This document shows, in pieces, positions 1 to 9,500 of a stretch of 13,567 nucleotides of DNA. The notes beneath the pieces were generated by a model. It worked only from the letters and a program-made list of their open reading frames with translations. It had not been told where the DNA came from and did no database searches. Made by a program: the position numbers and the translations under genes. The stretch covers positions 1-13,567 of the forward strand of contig NW_003314548.1 of assembly GCF_000143415.4 (NCBI RefSeq). Reading direction: 5' to 3'. How positions within the stretch are numbered: the stretch's first letter is position 1; the number at the start of each line of letters is the position of its first letter. Source of the DNA: Selaginella moellendorffii. Taxonomy: Eukaryota > Plantae > Lycopodiophyta.

Positions 1-1
1 A

Positions 2-1278
2 CTATCCACCGAAAATGATCAGGCTGACGAAGAGTTCCGGGTTGGTATCGTACATTATTTGTCCGAACGACTCTGATGGTTGCTGTGACTCTTTTTGCTT
101 TCTTTCAGGCCGAGATTAATCTCATGGGGCGAATTCATCATCCCAACTTAATAGCTCTTCTTGGTTTCAGCTCGCAAGGAGAAGACCGACTTCTCATTTA
201 TGAGTTGATGACAAATGGTTCACTGCAGGACCAGCTTCAAGGTGAGAGGACTGAGCTCCTCGTACCATTTCCTTTAACTTTGTGGCTTTCTCCAGGGCCT
301 GCCCAAGGAGCTGCTCTCACCTGGCATTTACGCCTCAAAATTGCCCTTGACGCAGCCAGGTTGGTTTCCAATTTGAACTTCGCTTTCCGGCATGACTTTG
401 TTTATTCGTAAAGTGCAGAGGACTTGAATACCTTCACGATCACTGCGATCCACCAGTCATCCACAGGGACTTTAAATCTTCTAATATACTCCTAGACGAA
501 GACTTCAATGCAAAGGTTCGTCGCCATGTCAATTCGAAGCTATATGTTTACATTTTCTTGCCTTGTTTGTTTACTTGCAGCTATCCGACTTTGGTCTTGC
601 TCTGATGGTACAAGAAGGCGCCGGCAGCCTTCAACTGCAAGGCACATTTGGCTACGTTGCTCCAGAATACATCCTCACTGGTCAAGCCTTGTGAATTTTT
701 TTATCTTTCTTTCGCTGTCACCTCACCTTCCTTTGAAAACGCAGGAATTCTCACGGAGAAGAGTGACGTCTATGCATTTGGCGTTGTGCTTCTGGAGCTC
801 ATCACCGGGAGAAAACCCATTGACGTCTCAATGCCAACAGGGTGCCAGTCGCTTGTGACATGGGTATGACGTCTCGAGATTTTCCTCTTGCGGAGACTTT
901 CTGTGTATCAACCTACTGCCACTTGCAGGCCACGCCGCAACTGACCGACCGCACCAGGCTTCCCCTCATTGTGGATGCTGCGATCAAGGATACTGTCAAC
1001 TTGAAGCAACTCTTCCAAGTAAGTGCGCTTCCTCTTTTCGGTTTTGGTTTGTTTGTTGCCAGTGCTGGCTGACTTGATGATTCTAACGCAAGATTTGTGT
1101 GTAGGTCGCTGCTGTTGCTGTTCTATGCGTCCAGTCGGAGCCAAGCTACAGGCCTTTGATTGGAGACGTGGTGAACTCTCTGATCCCGCTGGTCCCTTGC
1201 GAGCTGGGTGGTGCTTTGAGGGCGATTGATCCGTCAGGAGCCACTGCGGCAAACTCCCACTCCCAACACGGCGTGTAA
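2..1278 (+). CDS. Receptor-like (RLK/Pelle) protein kinase, At1g80640-like, 5'-partial. Exons 2-40, 109-241, 296-359, 419-515, 581-680, 745-863, 929-1018, 1105-1278
   Basis: Manual GT-AG splicing gives one continuous frame: [23 protein letters not shown]...[21 protein letters not shown]...[14 protein letters not shown]...KLSDFGLA...[10 protein letters not shown]...[17 protein letters not shown]...[39 protein letters not shown], stop TAA at 1276-1278. The C-terminal [22 protein letters not shown]...PLVPxELGG motif is typical of the At1g80640 group (from recall). Confidence 0.92.
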
Positions 1279-2402
1279 AACAAAGGATGTGAGTAACCAT
1301 GCGTAGAATGCAACAATTTTGTAGAGAAGCATGGCTATATGAATTATTCCAGCTTTAAATAAAGACTATTCTTAATTAATTCGCCTCTAATGCACTTAAA
1401 TTGGGGTTAGGGTACTTCGTCACCGTCGATCAAACGCGATCCCAACCGTCTATGTTTACCCGTTAGGGAGAAGCTAGGTCAAAAAATTGGCGAGCGATGG
1501 TGGCGTGCGAGTTTGGGGAGGACGACTGTGGTGAGCTCCTCAAGCTGTACAGGCGGGGCGAGAAGCTGGGTTCTGGCGGCCAAGGGCAAGTCTGTTTGTT
1601 GAGTGCTCGTTGCAGGGCTGGCAAGAAGTATGCGGGGAAATTGGTTGAATCGATGTGGAACGCCGAGAACGAAGCTCGGCTCATGTCCAAGCTTCGCGTC
1701 TGCCCTGGAGTCGTCGCCTTTGAGGATTTCGTGAGGGAGAGAGAAGGTGGGAGGTGCTATGGGACTATCGTTATGGAACTTTGCGGCCCTAGCTTGGCAG
1801 AGCGATTGATCCAGGGTGGGGCAGTGACTGAGGAAGAAGCAGCCAAGACTATCAAAACGCTAGCAGAGACACTCAAGTGGATGCACTCGAGAGGGGTCGT
1901 CCACCGCGATCTCAAGCCTCACAACATCTTTGAGAGGCTCAACGCCACTGCAGTGGACGAAGTGGTGATTGGAGATTTTGGCATGGCCACGGACAAGCAG
2001 TGGGATATGTGGCAGTACCGTGGAACAGCAAAGTACATGGCACCTGAGGTGGTAGCAGTGAAGAGTGATGGAGCTCGAGGACCACGAGCGAGCTACACAG
2101 AGGCCGTGGACGTGTGGGGGCTGGGAGTCATTGCGTACGAGCTGCTGAGAGGGTATCGAGCGGGAGTCGAATTTGATTTTCTGAGAGCAGGAGCATTCCT
2201 GAGTGGTTTTGCGTCGTGTGAAGCAGAGGATCTCATCCAGGGAATGCTAGCTGTGGAGCAGAGCAAGAGGGTGACTCTAGATGCCGTGCTTGCACATCCC
2301 TGGATTGTCAAGCATTGTGGTAGTGGGGAGGTCTTGGTGACAAGGGCAAATAGAAGGCACTGTGGAGTGAAAAGAAGATCTTCTGGCATTGGCAGGGATT
2401 TA
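932..2402 (+). repeat. Segmental duplication A, copy 1 (RLK last two exons, intergenic spacer, kinase). Copy 2 at 12116-13539
   Basis: Direct sequence similarity, e.g. caaggatactgtcaacttgaagcaactcttccaagtaagtgc and gagaagctaggtcaaaaaatt occur in both copies. Similarity ends at GRDL (2402) versus GKDL (13539). Confidence 0.95.
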
Positions 2403-2429
2403 ATTGTGAAAAAAATTTTAGCCGGATAG
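1497..2429 (+). CDS. Intronless Ser/Thr protein kinase, CAMK group (CDPK/PPCK-like catalytic domain without EF hands), 310 aa, copy 1
   Basis: LGSGGQG, YAGK, helix-C Glu (AENEAR), HRDLKPHN, IGDFG, GTAKYMAPE, DVWGLG, KRVT..VLAHPW. Single open frame. Confidence 0.88.
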   Translation: MVACEFGEDDCGELLKLYRRGEKLGSGGQGQVCLLSARCRAGKKYAGKLVESMWNAENEARLMSKLRVCPGVVAFEDFVREREGGRCYGTIVMELCGPSLAERLIQGGAVTEEEAAKTIKTLAETLKWMHSRGVVHRDLKPHNIFERLNATAVDEVVIGDFGMATDKQWDMWQYRGTAKYMAPEVVAVKSDGARGPRASYTEAVDVWGLGVIAYELLRGYRAGVEFDFLRAGAFLSGFASCEAEDLIQGMLAVEQSKRVTLDAVLAHPWIVKHCGSGEVLVTRANRRHCGVKRRSSGIGRDLIVKKILAG

Positions 2430-2714
2430 CTATTAAAACCAGCAGTACGGTAAATATATCATTTTCTTCCAAGTTTTTAAGAATAGTTGAAGTTAATTTT
2501 TATTTTTTTGCTTTTCCGGAAATTGGGCTGAGAACAATGATACTGGAGATATATATGAACAATATACGAAATATAGAAGAATGAATAAAACAAGAGCACT
2601 AATAAAGTTGATGAAGGGGCTTTTCTCTTCCAGAAAACTTCATTCAGGTGGAAGACATTTTCAAAAACACCCTTCCAGCACAAAATTCAATATATAGAAA
2701 GAAAAATTCAAAAC

Positions 2715-3300
2715 CAAAGACGCCATCGTTACATACTGCGACATGAACTCTCGCCCAGACGAGGCCACGATCATGAGTGCACTCGCGGCGCCATCGGCTC
2801 TCACGGATTTTGACAATCCACACCCGAGCTTTTGAGCCACTCCAGCGATGGAGTCCGCACTCGCGAGCTTGCACGCCAAGTGTGGGATGCTGTTCGAGAA
2901 GAACCGTGAGAAGGATCTAGTCTCTAGGACGGTGGCAGTGTGCGCGCAGCCCAAGGCTCTCGCGCTGATCCACCGGATGGAGCTGGAGGGGATCTCCCCG
3001 AATGGAGTGACGCTGTCGGGGTGCTCTCATCGTGCTCCCACGCCGGGCTGTTCGAGCGGGGATGTTCTACGCGGGCCGCGAGCACGGGGTGGCGGTGGAG
3101 AGCGAGCACTACGGGTTTGTGGTGGAGCTGCGCCAGCAGTGTGGAGGCACTTCTCCGCAGTATGCCGCTGGAGCCGCGCTGTGGGTGACGCACACGAGGA
3201 GGTGAGCCCCGCGGACGATGTCGCCTGGGAGTTGGATCCCAGCGACGCTGCGTCTTACGTGCTCCTCGCCATGCATACTCAGCGCGGGAATTTTTGTGGT
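2715..3300 (+). pseudogene. PLS-class PPR(-E) gene 3' fragment, frameshifted
   Basis: Pieces in different frames: MNSRPDEATIMSALAA, ESALASLHAKCG...EKDLVS, ALALIHRMELEGISPNGVT, VLSSCSHAGLFERG, EALLRSMPLEP, ELDPSDAASYVLLA (E-domain-like). Confidence 0.85.
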
Positions 3301-3307
3301 CGGGGTT

Positions 3308-4633
3308 AAGTTCGCTCTCGTTCTCCAGACTTGTTTCGTTCTTCAGTGATTTGGGAAGGAAATAGAAAGCGAGTGTTATCTCCGCGGCCAGGAGACAAGG
3401 GTGTGGGGTCGTCTCAACGACTGGAAACAGACAAGAACTCGCAAGAGCGTCACGGTGCAGAAGATTCTTGTAAGTTTATAATTCGATTTTTCTTCTTTCG
3501 ACAACCTTTTCTGGACTGAGTAGGTCCATAAAATATTTATGTCTCTTATTCGGAACCCGAGCTGGAACCGAAGATTGTGCCTGGAGGAACTTCACATGAG
3601 AGAAGAACCCGAGCTGGAGTCTAAGATTGTGCCTGATACAGGTACTTCATGTGAGAGAAGAAGAACATAATTCACCAAATCTAGAGCATAAGTACAAATA
3701 GCTTCCTCATGAAATGCAGTGAGAATCTCATTTTTTCTTTTACCAGTGACAATTGGCGGCAGTCAGCAGTCATTGCTGGGATCCAACTCAGAAGAAAATC
3801 AAAACAACTCGGACTTGTTTGCCAGCATGATATCTCTGCTACTTCCAAATGCAGTCCCTCTCATGAAGAAACGTTCAAGAAGAAAACGGAGACAAGATCT
3901 CCCCAAAAGAGATGTGGCGGAAAGTCCTATAGGCTTTGGGATGGGTAATACCGCATTGGAGACCTCTGTAGCCAAAGACCCGATCGACCGAGGTGACACG
4001 ATGGCTATGACAACAAATATCTTTAACAATCAACGAAAAGCACCTACTGCCCTTGGACATAGCGTCGACAAGCAGCTTACCACCGCAGTTGAGCCTCAAG
4101 CTGGAGAGGAGTCCATTGCTGAAGAGCCGAACAACCAAGTTGACAATGCCAAAACATCTCAGCAACACAAAGAATATCGACGAGCACACACAATATGATG
4201 GCACAAACTTGATCAAGTCCTCGTCACCAACAGTCATAACTCGAATGAGCTTGAACAAGTCACGATGCAGCCCAGCTAGCTCTTTGAGGCTGTATAAAAG
4301 GATTCGATGATCACAACAGCCAACGCTTTGGACGACCATTGTGCTGATTTGGAGAGCAAGCGGTACATTATCTCGATACTCTTGAAAGGCTACCAGCGGA
4401 GCCTTTTGCTTGAAAGAAGAAGATGCGCAGAAGCAAAACAATGGTGGATGACTCTCTCACTCTGCTTTATCATATATGTGGCTATCCTACACCTGGATCA
4501 GTGATGTGGCAACTCATGCCACGCAGACTCTCATGTCAGCGTATATCTCCAACACTGCTGACGAAAAGTTCCAGGATGGACATGTCAAGTCACTTGATGC
4601 AGCGTACATGAGAGACAGTTGAATATGGAACAC
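3308..4633 (+). pseudogene. Truncated, frameshifted duplicate of exons 4-6 of the FYR-WD40 gene
   Basis: Near-identical to 7118-8313. It lacks the start and FYR exons (equivalent of about 6513-7117 deleted), has small indels and premature stops, carries a 144-bp insertion, and ends at 4633. Confidence 0.9.
4411..4554. mobile_element. Short solo LTR (144 bp; Copia- or TRIM-like) with 5-bp target site duplication
   Basis: Insertion relative to the paralogous empty site (8231 ccttCTGCTgacg). It begins TG(aaag) and ends (ctccaa)CA, and is flanked by TTGCT (4406-4410) and CTGCT (4555-4559). Confidence 0.8.
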
Positions 4634-4639
4634 GTGGAT

Positions 4640-4750
4640 CCCCGCGTATCCCAGACCGGGCATCACACCAGTCCATTTGGGGTCTTCTGGATCATGCTCC
4701 TCGAGGCGGCGGTGGCGCCCAGCGCTGCTACAATCTCCGCCATACTGCCT
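4640..4750 (+). pseudogene. Possible single PPR-motif remnant
   Basis: Translates as SQTGHHTSPFGVFWIMLLEAAVAPSAATISAIL, which resembles the PPR consensus YAQxGH..AL.LF..MLLEGVAPxxVTF..IL. Short and weak match. Confidence 0.35.
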
Positions 4751-4872
4751 AGAAGCTTGAAATTAGAGAGAATGATATAGCAATGACTTTATATATGAAA
4801 TCGTGCATATAGGTTTATTTAAAATAATTAGGCCACTTATGTAATATTAGGACTTGGGCCATAGTTATCTTT

Positions 4873-5207
4873 CTATCCTCTCTTTGGAACCTTGGACACC
4901 TTATTGTTTTTATCTTTGAAAATCCTCACTCTATCCCAGCGAAAATCACAAGTGTAAGCACTGTCTTCGGGAAGCACTATAACATCAACACCAGGTTCGA
5001 CCTTACGCTGGATCGTGCTTTTGGCTTGTTCGGCATCCGCTCTTAGAAGTTCATCCCATCTATCTGCAAAAGAGAATTTGCGAATTCAATCAGAAAATGA
5101 GAGAAAAATGTGAAGAGAGAGATCATACCCTTGCTTCCATTCACAGTCAAAGCACAGACAACGAGCATAAGGAGGAGGATAGAAACATAGCCATTTTTCT
5201 TCCTCAT
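4873..5207 (-). CDS. Secreted potato type I (MEROPS I13, CI-2/eglin-like) serine protease inhibitor, 89 aa. Exons 5207-5129 and 5063-4873
   Basis: Spliced across a 65-bp GT-AG intron: MRKKNGYVSILLLMLVVCALTVNGSK-DRWDELLRADAEQAKSTIQRKVEPGVDVIVLPEDSAYTCDFRWDRVRIFKDKNNKVSKVPKRG*. It has a signal peptide, a W.EL motif, a VLP..S..T.DFR.DRVR.F loop and a V..VP..G terminus. Confidence 0.9.
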
Positions 5208-5216
5208 TCTCACTAA

Positions 5217-5272
5217 TAACCCTAAACAATGGTGAGGCTATGATTATGATTAAAGCGGATCGTTTAGGGTTT
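5217..5272. promoter_or_regulatory. Inverted pair of telo-box-like motifs (AACCCTAAAC / GTTTAGGGTTT) between divergent genes
   Basis: taaccctaaacaat (5217-5230) matches the reverse complement of 5259-5272 (aaaccctaaacgat) at 12/14 positions, with a 28-bp spacer. Confidence 0.45.
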
Positions 5273-5299
5273 TCACGGCGTACGGTAGCTCCATCGCCA

Positions 5300-6480
5300 G
5301 CGCTAGAGCGCTGGAGAGGAAGAGCCTGGTGGCCTGGAACACAATGATCGCGGATTATGCCCAGAGAGGTCAGCGGCGGAGGCCCAGGAGGTGTTCGAGG
5401 AGCCGGATGGATTTACTTTCGCATGCCCGGATTGCCGCGGCGCTCCTCGCTCGCGCTTGATCATGGACACGGCGCTGGTGGCGGCTTTCCAATTCCCAGA
5501 TCATTCCACCACCTGCACACCACACCACGAAAGCAATCCATGAGAACACTTGGGCGATGCCGCGGGGGTGTTTGAGAGAATGGATGTTCGTGACACAGTC
5601 GCGTGGAATGCATTTGCCGAGGCGACAGATCTAGATCGCGCACTGGAATGCTACCAGAGATCCACCTGTAAGCCCAATGGGATCACTTATGCTCGCTGCC
5701 TGCAGCGATCGTGGTGATCTTGGTCACGGCCGGCGCCTTCTCACTGACGCCCAGGATCGAGGGCTCTATCCCGATCGATTCGTGCAAAGCACGGCGGTGG
5801 CGATGCTAGATCTGCGAGGCCAGGAAATTGCTGGGCGAGGCCAAGATCGTTGCCTGGAACGCGATGATCTCGCCCAGTTGGGGCATTTGCATGAAGCTCT
5901 GGAAACTGACCGGGAGATGGAACACGATGGCTCCAGCAGCCCCGATCTCTTCACCTTTGCAAGCGCTCTAGCCGCCGCAGCCGGGCTTGGAGATCTAGAC
6001 ACCGGGAAGGCGATCCACGAGAGAATGGCGGCAGACAGATCGCTCAAGCTCGACGTCTTCTCCAACTGTGGGAGCTTGAGCCATGCCAAGCTCGTGTTCG
6101 ATCGCATCCCGGACAAGGTCGCAGTCTCCTGGAACTCGATGATCTCGACCTACGTGCGCCACGGCCGCTACAAAGACGCCATCGCCACGTACCGCGCCAT
6201 GGACTCTCGCCCAGACGAAGCCACCATCGTGAGCGCGCTCGCGGCAGCGTCGGCTCTCGCGGATCTACGGCAAGGACCACGCTCTCGAGCTAGGAATCGC
6301 CACTCCAGCGGTGGAGTCCGCGCTCGCAAGCTTGCACGCCAAGTGTGGAAGCCTGGACGCGCTGTTCGAGAAGAACCGGGAAGGATCTAGTGGGAGGCTG
6401 GGCGAGGCCGAGGCGGTGCCCCGCTGATGCCGCTGGAGCGGTGACGCTGGTGGCCGCTTGCGTGCTACGCGAGGAGGGGC
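5300..6480 (+). pseudogene. PLS-class PPR gene, multiply frameshifted and internally deleted
   Basis: EKSLVAWNTMIADYAQRG, ARGVFERMD..DTVAWNA, PDLFTFASALAAAAGLGDLDTGKAIHE, CGSLSHAKLVFDRIPDKVAVSWNSMISTYVRHGRYKDAI, PDEATIVSALAA occur in changing frames with stops. Confidence 0.88.
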
Positions 6481-6483
6481 TAT

Positions 6484-6517
6484 TTTGGCGGGAAGTTTTG
6501 TGGTCGGGGTTAGGGTT
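6484..6517 (+). promoter_or_regulatory. E2F consensus site (TTTGGCGG) plus telo-box-like TTAGGGTT immediately upstream of the FYR-WD40 ATG
   Basis: TTTGGCGG at 6484-6491 fits the plant E2F consensus WTTSSCSS; ttagggtt at 6510-6517; ATG at 6534. Confidence 0.5.
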
Positions 6518-6533
6518 CTAGGCTGAGGCGAGG

Positions 6534-9500
6534 ATGGGGAAAGTGGCGGCAGTGCGGCAGCAATCGGTGGAGATCGAGGCCCTTGGATCGCTTTTCCAGG
6601 GCCCGTGGGAGAAGAGGTACTGGAGCAGCTCTCGGGTGAGGGATTTCTCTGGAATGTAGCTGCTGTTTTGTTGATTTTGGGAAGAATGCGAGCAGGGAAA
6701 GAAGCGGTACCCTTTTCCTGTGGGATACAGAGCTCTGGCGAGGAAGGGAGGCGAGACATACGCGATGGAAATCCGAGCGGATAAGCTCGGGCCTTTGTTT
6801 GCGGTGAGTTTTTGCCTTTTCGGTTTTCTTGCGCTTTTCTTGATGGAAACTTTCAAGGTACGCTGCGGGGAGATTGAAAGCACGGGTCCATCAGCGAATG
6901 CCGCTTGGGAAGCGATGATGAAAATCCAGCATCCAGGAACTCGTTCTCTTGGAGGCAATGGCGAGAAGGTAATTGTTCTTTTCTTGTCTTTGTCTCCATT
7001 GCAAAAAATAATTCTATCTGGGCAGATGTTTGGCTTTGCAGATCCTGTTGTGCAGTATCTCCTACGTGAACTAGTTTCTGCTTCATCGAAAAAAGACGAG
7101 ACAGAAGTCAATGTGCAAAGTTCGCCCAGCTGTCGTTCTCCAGACGTGTTTCGTACTTCAGTGATTCGGGAAGGAAATAGGAAGCGAGTGTTATCTCCGC
7201 GGCCAGGAGACAAGGGTGTGAGGTCGTCTCAACGGCTGAAAACAGACAAGAACTCGCAAGAGCGTCACGGTGGAGAAGATTCTTGTAAGTTTTTTATTCT
7301 ATTTTTCTTCTTTTGATAAACTTTTATGGACTGAGTAGGTCCAGAAAATGTTTATGTCTCGGATTCGGAACCCGAGCTGGAACCGAAGATTGTGCCCGAT
7401 ACTCTGGAGGAACTTCACATGAGAGAAGAACCCGAGCTGGAGTCTAAGATTGTGCCTGATACTCTGGAGGTACTTCACGTGAGAGAAGAACATAATTCAC
7501 CAGATCTAGAGTGTAAGTACAAATAGCTTCCTCATCAAATGCAGTGAGAATCTCATTTTTTCTTTCACCAGTGACAATCGGCACCAGTCAGCAGTCATTG
7601 CTGGGATCCAACTCAGAAGAAAATCAAAACAACTCGGACTTGTTTGCCAGCATGATATCTCTGCTACTTCCAAATGCCGTCCCTCTCATGAAGAAACGTT
7701 CAAGAAGAAAACAGAGACAAGATCTCTCCAAAAGAGATGTGGCGGAAAGTCCTATAGACTTCGGGATGGGTAACACGGCATTGGAGACCTCCGTAGCCAA
7801 AGACCCGATCAAGCAAGGTGACACGACGGCCATGACAACAAATATCTTTGACAACCAACAGAAAGCACCTACTGGCCTTAGAGTTCGCGTCGACAAGCAG
7901 CTTACCACCGCAGTTGAGCGTCAAGCTGGAGAGGAGTCCATTGCTGAAGAACCTAGCAACCAAGTTGACAACGCCGAAACATCTCAGCAAACAAAGAATA
8001 TCGACGAGCACACACAATGTGTTGGCGGAAACTTAATCGAGTCCTCGTCACCCATAGTCATCGTCAATAAGCTCGCGCTTGAACAAGTCACGACGCAGCC
8101 CAGCCAGCTCTTTGAGGCTGTACAAAAGGATTCGACGATCACAACGGCCAATGCTTTGGACGACCATTGTGCTGATTCGGAGAACAAGTGGTACATTATC
8201 TCGGATACTCTTGAAAGGCTACCAGCGGAGCCTTCTGCTGACGAAAAGTTCCAGGATGGACATGTCATGTCACTTGATGCAGCGTGCGTGACGGACAGTC
8301 GGATAAGGAACACTTCGGCCGAACAAGCTCCCAACAATGCTTTATACCCGAAGTCAATACCTTTCACAGGCGCTGGTTCCATGGACGTAATCGCGAACAA
8401 GCTGACTAGCCCGAATGAGCTTGAACAAGTCGCGGCGCAGCCCAGCCAGCTCTTGGTAAAGCAACTTGAGACTGTCGAAAAGAATTCGACGATCGCCGCA
8501 GGCAATGCTTTGGATGATTTGGACAACAAGCGGTACACCGGTTCGGATACACTTGAAAGGCTACCAGCGGAGCCTTCAGCTGAAGAAACGTGCCAGATTC
8601 TGGGAGATGTGGAGCTACTTGATCTAGAAAATCCAGCATACGTGGCGGACAGTCGAAGAGAAAACACTTCGACCGAACAAGAAAAGCATGCTTCCAACAA
8701 TGCTTCAGGCCACAATTCTGGGTCCATCAACGAACAAGAAGTATCGACTACGGATACGTGGACCAAAGTGCCGGAAGCTGATGAAAAGGATCCCGTAGCC
8801 AACGATTTGGACATGCAGTCGAGAGTATTTACCGGCTTTAGTTCCATCAGCAAGCGGCTTACTAGCTCGGACATGCTAAAACCCGTCGCTGCTTTTGAGC
8901 ACGAACTTTCAGTTCTTTGCGTGACACTCAACGCAAGGAGTCAGGAGGTGGATATCTGCGTCTCTTGTGGTCCTCTGGGGAAGCACGGTGTACAACTATA
9001 TGTATACCGTATTTCCCTTGACAACAACTTGCTATCGGAGGCGACGTTGCTACAGTCCTTTTCACTGGATTCTTACGAAAATTTTGGAACAGACTCTCTG
9101 AAGGTTTGTTCTGTGTTTCTTTCTATTTGACTTACATTATTTTCGCAGCAGCAAGCGGAGTTTGGAATTCAACTCACTCCAGACGGAGACAGCCTTCTGT
9201 TGCTGGGAACTTTTGCTGTTCATAGACCCCAGCTTCCCAGTCAGTCAAATATAGTGCGGGTGGTTTCTCTTGCTGAACGTGATCCGAAGGCCGAACTTTT
9301 TGCGAGTGCCGCAATGAGATGCCTTTTGATGACAGGACCTCTTTCTTTGGTCGCTGCTGGAGATAACGGTTGTATCAAAGAATGGCGCATGGATCCGTCT
9401 TGGAGGTAATCGCTTTTCATGTTTGTATTTCCTTGCATTAATCACGTCCTATTCAGGCATTCTCTGTATGAAACAGATCTCCCACCTGCAAGATATAACG

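Larger units (their letters stand above)
2715..4633 (+). repeat. Segmental duplication B, degenerate copy (PPR tail plus part of the FYR-WD40 gene). Paralogous to 6171-8313
   Basis: caaagacgccatcg at 2715 and 6171; gcgggaaNttttgtggtcggggtta at about 3283 and 6488; 3308-4633 aligns with 7118-8313 including the introns. Confidence 0.95.

Noticed and set aside
2393-2403. CAGGGATTTAA resembling a hAT (Ac-like) terminal inverted repeat at the kinase breakpoint
   Set aside because: It aligns with the homologous codons of kinase copy 2 (GRDL vs GKDL), and I found no partner TIR or 8-bp TSD.
2430-2714. AT-rich segment with short ORFs
   Set aside because: No recognisable protein motif, termini or repeat structure; treated as intergenic or junction sequence.
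5677-6390. 237-aa ORF as a functional PPR protein
   Set aside because: It drifts in and out of the PPR frame and has deletions within motifs, so it is part of a pseudogene.
6518-7213. 231-aa minus-strand ORF, and the 198-aa plus ORF 6720-7316 taken as a standalone gene
   Set aside because: The minus ORF is an antisense shadow. The plus ORF reads through two stop-free introns of 54 and 57 bp and is explained by exons 2-4.
7368-7487. Short direct repeats resembling a CRISPR-like array (also about 3553-3660)
   Set aside because: Only two contiguous 60-bp units with no unique spacers, in frame within a spliced eukaryotic exon.
7984-8931. 315-aa minus-strand ORF
   Set aside because: Ser-rich antisense shadow of exon 6 of the FYR-WD40 gene with no recognisable motifs.
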